A DNA stretch of 64,000 nucleotides from Antechinus flavipes (Eukaryota), in the NCBI RefSeq assembly GCF_016432865.1, contig NC_067398.1, forward strand, positions 48,670,001 to 48,734,000, read 5' to 3'. Both the position numbers and the translations under genes were made by a program. Below the pieces are notes generated by a model, which was not told the DNA's origin, made no database searches, and saw only the letters and a list, made by a program, of their open reading frames with translations. Below are positions 45,901 through 60,200 of this stretch, in pieces (position 1 is the stretch's first letter; the number at the start of each line of letters is the position of its first letter).

Positions 45901-46984
45901 TTAGAATTCTTCTTCATACAATATTGTTGTTACTATGTACAATATTCTCCTGGTTCTTCCTACTTTGCATCAATTCATTTAAGTCTTTCCAGGTTTTTCT
46001 GAAATTATCCTGCTTGACATTGTTTATAACATAATATAACATAATCATTTACATACATATATACATTATTAATCTACCCTTCATGACAAATCTATGTGGC
46101 ATTAATGAAAAGGTTGTAAGTTGCTCGTTAATGGCTAGACACAGGGCTAGTTATTGATAAAACCTGTTTGACTCTAATATCCCATATTCTTTCCATTCTA
46201 ACACTGATTTGTATCCAGTGCATGAAAAGCAATAAATGCCTAAATTGAGACTTAGTGAAAAGGGAGTGAGAAATATAAGGGAACAGAAAAAGGTGGAAAG
46301 TATCGTCTGATCTTGGGATATATGCCCCCAAAGACAAGGTCTATGAGGGGGAAATGTTACACAGATGCCAAAATATAGCATTTATTTGTAGAAATAAAAA
46401 ATCAGAAACAAAAGGGGGTGTCTGTCAAGTGAGAAATGGCTGAACAAAATATAGCATACTACAGGAATAGAATGGTATTGTGTTATAATACATAATGAAT
46501 ATCAATAATTCAGAGAAGTTTGGAAAGACCTATTTGAATTGATATAAACAGTAGTGAGAAAAATCAAGAGAATGGGCACAATGACCACAGTAGCATAAAT
46601 GGAAATATTGAAAGATGGGAAGCCTGATCAATGTATTGCCCAATGCAGCCTCAGTGGATTGTTAAGAACAGTCATCAGGATGAGGTTACTTACTTCTGGC
46701 AAACTTCCTGGAGCTAAAAGCACTCAACTCATTCAGCTACTACAACATGAAAATGGAACAGGAAATTGCTTCCATTGCACAGATAGTTAAACTGACACAG
46801 GATATTTCCTGGCTTAGATACCCACTACTCTTAACAAATTGATCTTCTCTTCCCAGCCTCCCCTTCTCTGCCACACCCCCCAAATTCTAGCCTTGAATCC
46901 CAGGCCAAGCTGAGTGCTTCTATGAGATTTTTTCTGATCACTCCATGTTTCTCCAGATGATTTGACCTCATTGCTGGGTTGGAT

Positions 46985-47190
46985 TTTTTTTTTTTTTTTG
47001 CAAAGATACTGTAATGGTTTTGCCATTTCTTTCTCCAATTCATTTTATAGACAAGCAACTAAGGTATAAGAGTTAAATGAGTTGCCCTGGGTCACACAGC
47101 TAGTAAGTGTCTGAGACTGGATTTGAATTTGTGAAGATAATCTTCTTGACTCCAAGGTCAGTGCTCTATCCTTGGTACCAGTTAGTGCCC
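46985..47190 (-). mobile_element. Mar1-type CORE-SINE
   Basis: Reverse complement of tRNA-like head, CORE and RTE-like tail (gccatttctttctccaattcattttatag...gggtcacacagctagtaagtgtctgag). Confidence 0.75.
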
Positions 47191-48374
47191 AAATATTCTA
47201 CCCTAAAACCATTTAATTCATGGGTTTTGGCATATCAAAACTTTAATTGCTGCACCCAGACCATCACACCAGGTTCCTGTAATTTTGTACTCCCAACTAT
47301 ACTTTTCTTCTTGGAATTTTAGAACTTTAAATGCTATTCTTTCTCCTCTTAAGGAATATAAATGGATCAAATCAGTGTTGTTTGTCATAGAACAGAGACA
47401 GCAAATAATAACAGAAAATCAGCTTCAAAGCCAGGAAGACCTGGGTTCAGAGTCCCTGCTGAAACATATTGGCTCTACCTGCTCTAGGCAACTTACATTA
47501 TAAATTGCATAGAAAATTCCAGTTTGTATTGGTAAATTTATGCTAATAAGTCATACCTTTCCCTATAGAATTCACACACATTTATCCACAGACCTATAAA
47601 ATTTTCTCCTTTGTTAGAACTTACGTGTATCTGAGTTAGCATTTCACATATAGTATCCTAAAGTATGTGTGGGAAGGAACTAAGGTATAAGTTAAGGGAG
47701 TACCATGAGTATCTAAGATCTTTATTTACTTTCTGAAAGGCAAACCAAACCACTTTCCTACATCTTGCCAGTTAGTTGGTATAATTCTTGCAGTCATTGT
47801 CTCTTGCCTTTTGATATCTCCCAAAACCGATCAATAATATCGTCTGCATTTTGCTCATAGTCTTGAAATGTCCTGATAGGGCTACAGAGACTCAAAGCCT
47901 CTGAGGGCAGGATGAGAGCAGCCATATCTCCCTTCTTAAATAATCTTGAGTAAATTAAAGGTCATTTCCAGTGTCTCTCAGGTTCTCCTGGCTTGAGGGC
48001 CTGTGCTCTATCCACTGAGACATCTAGGTGGCTCCTTCACCCAATGTCACTCAAAGGTCCCAAAATCTAGTTTTGGAAAGAGGATTTAGCAAATAACACT
48101 TTACCTTCCTCTCGATTGATTACATTCTTAGAAATTTTTGCCACCCACCCACAATTATCTTTAACCCATCTAAGATAGAACTTTTCCTCATAAACAAAAA
48201 AGGAAAACGAGGAAGCAATTTTGTTGTTGTCAAGCATTTAAACAAAACTAATTACATTTTATTTTATATTCAGATCTACATCCTCTTTCTTCTATCTCCA
48301 TTCAAAATAAAGCAAGAAAAACAAAAACCTACTTCAAATGTGTATAGTCAAACAAAACAAATTTCTACATTGGC

Positions 48375-48417
48375 CACACACATACACACACACACACACT
48401 CACACACACACACACAC
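48375..48417. repeat. (CA)n microsatellite
   Basis: Direct reading. Confidence 0.95.
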
Positions 48418-49380
48418 CCCTCTACATCCTGAGTTCATTGCTCTGAATCAGGAAATGGATAGCATATTTCACCTTGAGTCTTCTAGAATTATGGTTGCTC
48501 ACTGTGTGGATCAGAGTTTCTAAATCTTTCAAATTTTTTCTTCAATATTGCTATTATTGTATAAATTATTCTCTTAATTCTGCTCAATTCACTCTTCATC
48601 AGTTCATACAAGTCTGGGTCACTTTCTTTGACATCTTCATACCACCTTAACCTGTAGAGGGTCACATTGTTACCCCAATCTAGGCACAGATGATAAGCAC
48701 CACAGCATCCTACTCAGTCTTCATCTAGTCAACAAAAAAAAACTATCATAAACCTTCTTTGAAACACTTGTTTTGTGAGTGGGCTCTCTTTTCCCACCAT
48801 GTGTAATGAAATTGCTAAACTTAATATCTTAAGTATACCCCTTCAAGGAATGGAAATGGTGAGAATCTGATCCAGTCTCCTCTTTTTCAAACTCTTCAAA
48901 TTCCAGCTCTCATGCCAGTGGCTCAGCCAGTGATCCCAATTTGTGCAGCTGTTGAATTTACAGCCTATGGGCCTCTGTCTACAGTCACCCAACCCTGTAG
49001 ATTGCACCAAGTTGGCAAGAAAAAGAGACAAGGAAGCTATAATTTACATAAGTTACATATTACAAATGTGTCCCAGAATACTAAGTTAATCTATGACAAA
49101 ATAAGGCAATGCTGGAGTGAGGCAAGAGCAGGGAAATGTGTTACAGTGATCATGGATTCCAGAGGACTGGGACCTATACCACAGGCCACTCCACCCAGCT
49201 AAAATGTTGGCCAAATTCTTTGGAGGAGAGTTGGGAGAAGGCACAAGAAAGCCCACAGCTTCCCCTTCAGTCCACACCTGTTGCTTCCACTCTTCCTCTG
49301 ACTTTGTGGTATAATGGTGAAAATATTACCATTAGTTCTAAGCATTCTGGGCTCTCAGCAGTTCAGTTTGAAGTGAGGTT

Positions 49381-49558
49381 TCACTGTAGCATTTTCATAA
49401 AGGAGGGGACTATGAGCTTCAATGGGAGAGATGATACCACCCCTTCCAGGGAATGCTGCTTCTCTGTGTCTTCAAGGAGATGTTGCATGAAGCAGGAGGT
49501 CCCCAGAAGGACATGACCAGTGGCCTGCATGCTGAAGGCAGCGCATCGGAGAGCTTCC
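49381..49558 (-). CDS. CIDEC: CIDEC terminal exon
   Basis: tacacag|(K)EALRCAAFSMQATGHVLLGTSCFMQHLLEDTEK...PSFMKMLQ*. Confidence 0.96.
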
Positions 49559-51233
49559 CTGTGTAAAGAGGATAGGGAGGAAAAAGGAGGAAAAGGCATT
49601 TGGTCACTTGAAGGGCAACTCTAGAAGGAGGGAAAACCACTTTAAAACATGTCTGAGGCTGTTGATCTAGCTCTAATCTCCCTTCTAATCTGCAGTCTTG
49701 CATCCCCAAGACTGGATGTCCTGTGTCAGACATCTTAAATTCAACATGTCCAAAACTGAACTCATCTTTGTCCCCAAACCCTTCCTTCTTTCACATTCCT
49801 TATTACTATCAGGGACACCATCATCCTCCCGAACATCATCCTCAATCCCTAAATCTCTCACCACCAGGCAGAATAATTATGTGGCTCATTGCTATTTGTT
49901 TTTCATTCTCAAAAACCACCATGGCATCAGGGAGATCATGCCAGGCTATGCAAATGAACTGGATTTAAGTGAGAGAGGGTTGTGCAAGGTCACCTGCCTC
50001 ACTTTCTCTTCCTGAGCCATCTGGATCCAGTGGATCAAGATGACTAGAGATGGCTCTGGAGGCAGTGGGAGACCTTAGTGTTTTTCAGCTAAAGTCTCTA
50101 ACAGATCTCAGCTTGAGGCAATGCCCAGTCGGTGATTAAGGCTAGGTAAGAAATGAGAAAGAGAATGACTTTTACATAGAGGGAAAGACCTGAGTTTCTG
50201 GCTTAAATAGAAACAATTGCTATTTATCTTCACCTTGAGCAAATCAGAACCCAAACAATGACCAAGTTGGGGTTGCTTTAGGGTTTAAAGTATGGTCCTA
50301 AATCATAAACCCCATTTTATGGGGTTAATTTATATTAAATTAATTTAATTTATATTAATTTTTAATTAATTATTAAAATTTATATTCCTTTGAGAAAAAC
50401 ACTTCAGGTAAGCCTATGATACTCTATGTGGACAGGAGGAAGGGAAGGGATAAGATGAGAAGAGGAGGGGAGAGAAAGAAAGAACTCTTATTCCTACTCA
50501 TAGAAGTTGTTTGTCCTTCCTTCTCAGAGGATCTCATTTCTTACCTCATTAGCCTTAATCACTGAATGGGTGTTGCCTCAGTCAAACGTAGACCTGTTAA
50601 AAGATCTTAGCTGAAAAAGGCCGAGGTCTCCTACTGCATCTAGAGCCATCTCCTGTCATTCTGATCTGTATCCTGCCACTGGACCCAGATGATGGTAGGG
50701 GGGGAAGTAAGGTCGGTGATTTGGCACAACCTTCCCTTACATAAGATTCTCCATCTTCCAATTCTCTGTATTTTCACTGGTTATCTCCATATCCCTCTTA
50801 ACACTAGTGCCATCCCTCTGAAATAATTTCCAACTTATTTTATATGTACATAGTTGTTTGCATGTCGTCTTCTCCATTAGCATGTAAGCTCCACAAGGAC
50901 AGGAACTGTTTTTGCTTTTCTTTGTATCTCTGACACTTTGCATATTGCCTGGCACATACTGAATACTTAATAAATGCTTGCTGACTAACTGTTTGTAATC
51001 TCCAACTGAGCTACATTAAATATTTCCCTTTCAGCCTTCCTTAAACCAGGGATTCTTAATCTGAAGGTCCATGAACCTGTTTTTAATATTTTAAAAACTA
51101 TTTCAATATAATTGATTTTCTTTATAACCATATATTTATTTTATTCTCTTAAAAACATTATTCTAAGAAAGGGTCCATAGGCTTCACCAAAGGGATTTAT
51201 CACACATACACATACATAGAGCAAGAGAGACAG

Positions 51234-51278
<45 letters not shown>

Positions 51279-54200
51279 GAGAGAGAGAGAGACAGACAGA
51301 CAGACAACAGAGAGTAAGCTATCCTGGATAGAGGGAAATCTTTGGGCATTAGTGGAATATTAATATCCAGCTTAAGGTGCAATTTTATTTTTATCAAGCA
51401 AATTTGAGTCTAGTCTTTGGGGCCCCAAATTTCAGACTCTTCCTAGTTACTGTTCTTTGAACCAGGCAATATAAAATATATCCTTGACCTGGACACAAAG
51501 GAAAACTTTCAAGTGACATCCTGCATATTCTGGAATAATGATAGAGATAAGTAACTTCTGGGAAGCTTCTAGAAGCCAAAAAGTCACCTAGGCTATTGTG
51601 GGAAGAAAGGAATAAGAAATCCCACAGCTTTTGAAATCAGCTATGCTCAGGCCTATATGTAAGGGAGGAAGTAAGATTGCGGGAGCAGCCAGGATTTCAG
51701 GGAGGAAGTTCTCAGGTTGTAGAACAGAAAGAAATAAAAGCCACACTCTCTTCAACAATGAGATGAACCAAATCAGTTCCATTTGTTCAATAATGAATAG
51801 AACCAGCTACACCCAGTGAAAGAACTCTGGAAGATGAGTGTGAACCACTACATAGCATTTCTAATCCCTCTGTTTTTGTCCACTTGCATTTTTCATTTCC
51901 TTCTCAGTCCGATAAATTTTTTACATTATTTCAAAGTCCAATTCTTCTTGTGCAGCAAAATAACTGTATGGATATGTATACATATATTTTATTTAATACG
52001 TATTGGTCTACCTGCCATCTGGGAGAGGAAGGAGGGGAAAAGTTGGAACAGAAGGTTTACAAGGGTCATTGCTGAAAAATTACCCCTGCATATATCTTGT
52101 AAATAAAAAGATATAATTAAAAAATAAAGATATAAAAGCCACAGAGAGTTAGGGGATGCTGATGGACAGGAGCCCTGCTTCTATGTAAGCAGCTAGTGAT
52201 TTTTGTTTCATGCATAATTGAAGACTTTGTACTGATGATGTGGTATTTTGTAGTCTCCTGGAAACAGACAGCTGCCTAGTGGAGGAGGGGAGCAGATGTG
52301 ATGGTTCTGCACTGTACATTCATGAAAGCATTATCTAGATTCAAATCTGTATCTGTATGAGTAAAGTATACTCATTCATTTATATTTCCTTTACTGGTAC
52401 TAGATTGTTTGCGCCAATCAAATACCCAGGCTTAGGACAACTTCCTGGATGGTTTTCTATTCAGTCATGTACCTTGGCCTGTTCCTGCCTTTCTTCAGGT
52501 AATTTACAAATCTGTAATGATAAAGACTTCTCAGGTTTGGGGAGATTCCTCACATGCCCTTCCTTTCATTTTATCTGCCTAACTCCTTCTGTTTAAGGAA
52601 TAGTTTGAACATCATCTTATATAGGGGAGTCTTCTTCCATCTCTCCAGCTCATAAGGAGCTCTCCTTCTATGCTCTAAGGTAGAGGTAGACAGCAGGCCA
52701 ACACTTCAGGTAGCAGAATGTAATTAAAATGTTTAGGAAATATTTAATAAAATCAATAAAAATACAATAAAACATTGCATTTTAAACTAAATTACATTAC
52801 ATTTTAATTACATTTTAAAATTAAATCAATATGTTGCCTGCAAAGATCCTTATCCATGGATTAGTGGTCTCCATTTCTGTTTGGGTTGGACATTGCTAAT
52901 CTAAGGCACTTGCTGCCTTAATCACTCCCGTGGCTGTAGTTGTACTCAAGCAGGGAGAATTAACACCTTGTCTCTTCAACTAGAATGTAAAACTCTTTCA
53001 AACATTTCTTAAATATCTACTGAATATAAAACACTATAAATACAAGGACAAATTAAACTGTTCCTAATTTCAAGGAAGTGATAGTAGGCACATAATGCCT
53101 ATTGATTAATTTTACTAAGTGGCAACAACATATCATCATTCCCATCATCAGTGCATATATAGTGCTTTCAGATTTGTAAAGCATTTCACATATGTTTTGA
53201 TCATAACTACCTATGATATAGGTGTGATTATTACTCCATTTTTACAGACATGAAAATTGAAGCTAAGAATTTGAGTGACTTTCCCAGGGACACATATCTA
53301 GAATTTAAGGAAGGATTTGAACTGTGTTCTCTCTGACTTTAGTCAAGCACTCTATTCACTGCACCACTTAGCAGCCTACAAGTATACAGATAGGAAAATG
53401 CAAAGAAGTATAAGGAAGGAGCAGCTGGGTGATACAGTGGATACAGTCAGGGTCTGGAGTCAGGAGGACTCATCTTCTGAGTTCAAATCTGGCCTCAGAT
53501 ACTTTACTAGCTATGTGATCCTGGACAAGTTATTTAACTCTGTTTGCCTCAGTTTTCTAATCTGTAAAATGAACTGGAAAAGGAAGTGGCAAATCATTCC
53601 TGTATCTTTGCCAAGAAAACCTCAAATGGAGTCATGAAGAGTTGGACATGACTGAAATGACTGAACAAAAACAATTAGGAAGGTGAAATAAATCAGCTAG
53701 AAGGAAGTCAAGAAGGACCTCATATAGAAGTTAACTCTTGAGCCGAGCTTTAAAGGAATCAAGATGTTCTGAGATGGTGAGTAAGGCATGGAGATATGAT
53801 GCCATGTTTGAGAAACAATAAGGCTTCCATTTGACTGGGCAGCTAGGTCAGGGACTATATCTTATGCTTTTGTATCTCAACATCTAGGATAGGATTCTGT
53901 TCACGTTAGCTGAGCAAATACTTGTTGAGCTAAATTAGAACAGATTATTGAAGTAGATGAATGTGTTCAGGGAGCTAAGTTGTCTTCCCCAAAGCTACTC
54001 ACTTCATGATACGCTTGGCCCCAGAGCACTGTAGATCATAGGACAGTGTATAGTTGCCATATAGTGTTGCTTTCACGTTCAGGCAGCCAATGAAGTCATC
54101 TGGCCTTGCTTTGTATAAGTCAAAGGTCACAGAAGCCACATCCATCCTCTTAAAGGTCTTTGGAGAGAGGGAGAGCTGGTATCCAGGCCCCTAAAATGAG

Positions 54201-57200
54201 CATTACAGGTCATGGGAGATAGGCTGATTAGTTAAGATATGGATAAGAGTAGTTAGCAGATAGCTTCTGCCACCACTAGAGCTTTATCTTCTCTTTCCCC
54301 TGGTGAGAAATAATTCATTTAGATTCCTATTCTATTCTGGTCAGTATTAACCAATTTGACAGAATCATATCGTTTGTTCTGTATATAAGGCCCCAGAGCT
54401 GTGAACTGCAGATTCACGTGCAGTTGATTTGCTTAATCATAGGAAGTTAATTGCCACCCTTATTTTGCCTAGTCACAATAACTAAGCTCTGCATGGAGGA
54501 GAAGACAACTACCTTAAAAGTCCCCCAAAATATTTTTTGTACTTCCATATCTATCTCTTGTCCATTAGGAGCAGGTGACCATCTTATGACCAGTGAATGA
54601 GATAGCTTTTACCATTTCCTCCTGACCAACTTAAGGAGAAGCTTTTCATCTTTTTTTCTTTTCTTTTTTTTTTTGGCTGCGGCAATTGGGGCTAGTGGCT
54701 TGCTCAGGGTCATACAACTAATAAATGTTAAGTGTTGAAGGTCAGATTTGAACTCAAGTCCTCCTGACTTCAGGGCAAGTGTTCAATCCACTGTGCCACT
54801 TAGTTGCCCTGAAGCCTGTTCATATTATGAGGAGATATTCTTTACATCATCCAACTTATGACCCTGATGATACATTGTTTTGCTTATTTTAGCTTATGTA
54901 TCATATGTCAGTTGATATAATTATTCTGTATTTAATATAGTTGTTCTTGAATGATTAGACATCTAGCTCCACAAAAATAGGTTTCTGAAAGAAGGAGCAT
55001 CTCAGATTATGAGGAAGATCTGTGGTCCACTTCATTAAAGAGAACCATGGACCTTTTAATAAAGTGCCATTAATTCAAAGCTCTGTCTCAGTCTCTTTTA
55101 TTGTAGGTGGGATAATTTTAATCCCTTGTATCCTCCTGACTTGGTTTACCTGGTTGGGTGTTGGTTGCCATTTCTGCCCCTTCTCTAGGACCATGAAAAC
55201 TGTTCCTTCATTTAATGTCTGGAAATATTCCTCTGTTTCTATGATAGTACCATCTTCTTCCAGAACCAGGGAGAAGGTCTCTACCATTGACAGAGCTTCT
55301 TGTACCTAGGAAAAGAAAGGTATAATTTATGATGATTGGACCTTTTTTCTCTTTTCCACCCCTGCTTCCCTTCCCATCCTCAATAGAAGTCAAGATATCA
55401 ACTAGCTTGAGATTCAGTTCAATATAAGAGCCAACTACTAGGAGTAGAAAGATGAAAAATATCAGTCCCTAAATGATCCCTAAGATCTTTCTCTCAGCTC
55501 TAAAGTTTTCCAACACCTAGGTGCCATAGTGGATAGAGCCCTGGGCCTAGAGTAAAGAAGATGAGAATTCAAATTCAGTCTCAGACACTTACTAGCTATG
55601 AGCAAACCAATTAACCACAGTTTACCCCAACTTCCTCATTTGTAAAATGTGCTCCAACTGCTCAAGATTGTTGTGAGGATCAAATGAGATAATATTTGTT
55701 GAGCATTTAGTTTCACAGAGAATAGGCACTAAATAAATGTTAACTGTTACTACCCTCTATAAACTATATAATTAGATATCCAGAAAAAGCAAAACAAACA
55801 GCTGACTACAGACTGTTATGAGACATGAAACTACTATATCATAGAAAAAGTATTGAAGTGAGTATATCATAAAAAACAGCATTGCCTATAACACTGCTCA
55901 CTAACACTTCAAAGAATCATGCTTAAAACTCCTTCCCTGCTCAAGACAGTATTTTAGAATGTTTGAAATCCCACCTAGGTTTTAAGATAATTTGTAGCCA
56001 AGACAGGAGGACTTCTTAACCTTAACAGTATTGACTAGTATATATTTTCCATGTCTATTCATGCTATTTTTAAATATATATATATACAAAATGAATTAAG
56101 TTTATAAAAACCTTGCTCATTAGTGTTTTGCAAAATTAACTCATATATGTTTAGTGGCTTCCAAAAAGGGAATCAAATATGGAGAACAGTGTCTGCCTTT
56201 TAGTCTCCTGGATTTTCCCTCATCTTCACCTTATGGTACATTCTTGTATCATTTTAATTCTAGTCTAATGCAAAAATTTGACGAGTCCACAGATAGGAGT
56301 TAAGTTGACATAATAATCATTTCACATAATAAGGTCTTAAATAGTTCTGACTGTTATGTATTTGCACTAGAGAGATAACTAGCCCCTTAAAGGGAGAAAA
56401 AGGAATAGAGCCAGTTAATGGCAGAAATGGAATGGAGTGAAGAGAGATTTCTCAGCTGTTACTATCTTCATTTTAACAAATCTGGCCACTTGTGATTTAA
56501 GTAGTTGAACAAAGTTACCAGATTCAATAGTGTAGACAAAGTTTCTTTCAATAGGAAGTGAATCATTATCTGAATTCTATTTCTGCACCTTTACAATGTT
56601 GCCACTATTTGCTTAAGGTTGGGGTGGGGTGGGGAATGTGCTTGGTCCTCAGAGACAACTCTGAAATTAATCAGGATGGCAATTTTGAAAAACACAAGAC
56701 AGGATAGAAAGTAGCACAGAGAGAAACAAATCTACCTTTCCTTCTTTTCCTAGAACTCACCCTGACTTTGCAAAGGACCTTTAGGAGAGTTGCTCAGGAA
56801 AAAATGAAATTCAGAACCTACAGTCTGACTGTCTTCATCTCGCTATGGACAATTGTCCGTAACTTTTCTAGAGGCAGCTAGGTGATGCAGTGAATAGAGA
56901 GCCTGGATCCTAAGTCAAGACATAAACTAGCTGTGTGACTCTGAGGAATACCTGTAGATTGCCTCAGTTTCTCCATCTGTAAAATGGAGGTAATAATAAT
57001 ACTTATGAATGAACTAAATGAGATTTTATAAAGCACTTTGCAAAAAGTATTACATAGATTGTAATTGTTATCCCTGTTGTTTTATTTTATTTTTTGCTGA
57101 GGCAATTGGGGTTAAGTGACTTGCCCAGAGTCACACAGCTAGAACGTGCTCCTATTATGATTTAAAATACATCACAAGTTTCTGCCTCTTTAAGCAGAGT

Positions 57201-60200
57201 ATATAAAATAGGATGTAAACTGGTCTTATTATGTAACAGTTCAGGTTCTTTTGTCCTGTACCAACAGGTTCAAACATGGCTTCTTTAAAAAAAAAAAAAA
57301 AAAAAAACCATTCTTATCAGGTATGACAGAAGAAAACCAGTCAGTCATCACTGACTGATGACTGTGTCATAGATACCAATTTGTGACAAACTAGTTATCT
57401 TGTCACAGAGGCTTCTTCTTGGAGTCCAGAAGATATTACTGTCTCTAACCCATGCTAACAGTGATTATGTCACTCAGTCTTTCAGAATCTCAGTAACTCT
57501 CAAATTTGCTTTGGTATGAATCTTTGGTGTTGCCTAAACAAAAATAAGAGTTTGCTAGAATCACATTTAAGTGATGCTTGAAGGGTCCAAGTGAAGGTTG
57601 GGAAGAGGAGGAAAAAAGGGAGGGGGAAGAATTCTCCCTAAGACAACAAATCAAACCATGACAATTAGAAGTCCTTCAGACTTGCTGAGGTCTTGTATTT
57701 CCTTTGTAGTCTAGAAGAGGCTTCAATGAAAAAGGAGCTTAACTCTAGATTGACTTTACTAATTTTGGTTGCTGAAGCAGGGGAAGGAAGTAGATAATTA
57801 TTCTCCCTTGTCTTCTCCCTTTGAGAGGAAGGTAAGAAGCATAATTATTGGCCTTATTCATTTTACTTTTAATTACATCTAAATTTTACAGAATGAGGAT
57901 GAAGGAGGGTATGCAAGAATTCTCTGGAGAAGAAAGGGAAAAAGGAATAATGTGGCATTTGTCATTTCTTCTTCAAAGCTAAGAGGCAATGTAATGTATT
58001 TGGTTTTGGTTTTGGAGTCAGCAATTGGGTTCAAATCTTACCTTGACTTAGAATCATAGATCTAAAGGAGAAAGGGACCTTAGGATATCTAATCCAACTT
58101 CAGCCACCGAGGTTATAAGGTTTATCTAAGACAAGATGGGATTCAAAAGTCATTTCCTTCTATCAGTCTTAGTTTTCTCCACAAGGAAGATGAGGGTCTT
58201 GAACTAGATGATCTCAAAAGTTTCTTTACACCTTTAAGCTGACAATCCTTTTTTAATGGCAGAAAAAAGGGTTCCCCACCCCTGGTCTACAGAATGGCTA
58301 TTAAGTGGAAATTAAGCCAGTGACATCTTTAGGGATGGAAAAGATCACAAAGATCCAAGAAGAGGAGGACCATGATACAGTTAAGGTTTATACATAGTAT
58401 CATTCTTTGAGGAAATTAAAATATACCTCCTCTTCAGTCCCAGCCAGTTGGGCAGAAATTGTCTACTAACACGCAAAGTACACAGAGCTTGAGCTACTTG
58501 TCCAGACTCACAAGTGATGACCAGAACAAAGTTGGGACCAGAACTTGTTTCTTGACTCCTAATTTAAATTATTCTTAATATTTATTCCATGTAATATTTT
58601 TTTCACCACCAGAAAACTAAGATAATTTGCTCATGGGGTCTACAATTAATACAGAATTATTCCAAGGACAAGTAATTTATATAGAGTTTGGAACAGTGCC
58701 CAGACTATTAGATGAGATTATTGACAAATTTCAGAAAGTTGCTCAATCTAACTAGTTTTTTAAGGGACAAATTAAGATTTCTTCACATAAGATTTAAATT
58801 TGTTTTTAATTTTTGATAACTATTTCAGTATACTTGGTTTCCTTTATAATCATATATTTATGTATTTAAGAAGATTATTCTGAAGAATCCATGGGCTTAA
58901 CTAGACTGCCAAAGGGATCTATCACATGCAAAAAGTTAAGAAATCCTGGTCTAAAGGGAATCCCCCCAGGGCTCCTCCTCATACCAAACTTTGCCCAAAG
59001 GGCTCTCTTGCTGTAGTCATGGAAGGGATTTACCCTTATGTCAGCAATAGTATGTCTTAAAAAAACTTACAATGTAATAGAAAAGTCAGAAGACTTGCAT
59101 TCTAATCTCATCTTTGTTATTAATTCAATTCTAACATTTAAGTAGTATCTTTATTCAAGGCAGTGTGGCTAATAAAGACAAGAACAGTCTAAGACTTATC
59201 ACCTGATGTAAGAAAGTATGCATATGACTGAAATGGGGGGAAAAAAGAAAAAATTTCAGCTCTGAAATTATTTGATTAAGCCTAGTTCTAGAGAAGAGCT
59301 GAAAAATACACTTCTCATCATTGGAAGTTGGAAGGGGGAGGGTAGTATGTGTATCGAATACTGTGCATATTGTGAAATACCTAATATGCTTGTTGGCTTT
59401 GCCAAATTGCTGCTTTCCCTTTCTTTTCTAATCTTTTTTTCTATGTATATTATTTCTTAAAATAATCACTTTTTATTTTCAAAACAAATCAATCCCCACA
59501 ATCCTCTCTCTGGTGCAGGTAGTTCTTTCCATCACAAGTCTATTGGAATTGGCCTGAATCACCTCATGACTGAAAAGAGCCATGTCCATCAGAGTTGATC
59601 ATCTCATAATCTTTTTGTTACTATGTACAATGATCTCTTGGTTTAAATCACTCTTCTCTAATCTCTAATCTCTCTTACAAGGGATAAGATGTTCATAAAG
59701 ATAAATAAAGAATATTCAAGATACAAGGAAATTTGAAAAAAAAAAGTATCCCAGAAGCATGAGATAAAAAGGCCTAACAAAGTATACATTAATTCAAACA
59801 TATCTCTTCCATTCTATGAGGCTCAATTTTTTTTTAATCTGATAAATACAGAGATTGATTTAAAATTAATCCTCCCAAGGTTCCTTCCATTCTGAAACAG
59901 ATTAGCTTGTGGTGGGTTTGGGTTTCAAGTAAGAATGGATCACTCTTGCCTTGTGTATAGAGTTGTACTTATGAAAGTCAGCCTGAGACAATATTCTAAA
60001 AACATGAGTGAATTAGATGAAACTACAGATAATTCTATCTGAAATGGTTTCTCACCTTGTGGCTAAGGTCTAAGAGACTATCAGCCATAATCCCCTTCCG
60101 AATACTCCGACTGGCATTGGTGACACGATAGGGTCGGGCTTTGTTCGCGGAACTGGTTTCAGCCAACAGTTGTTGTGTCACCACAGAGGTATTTATTGCT

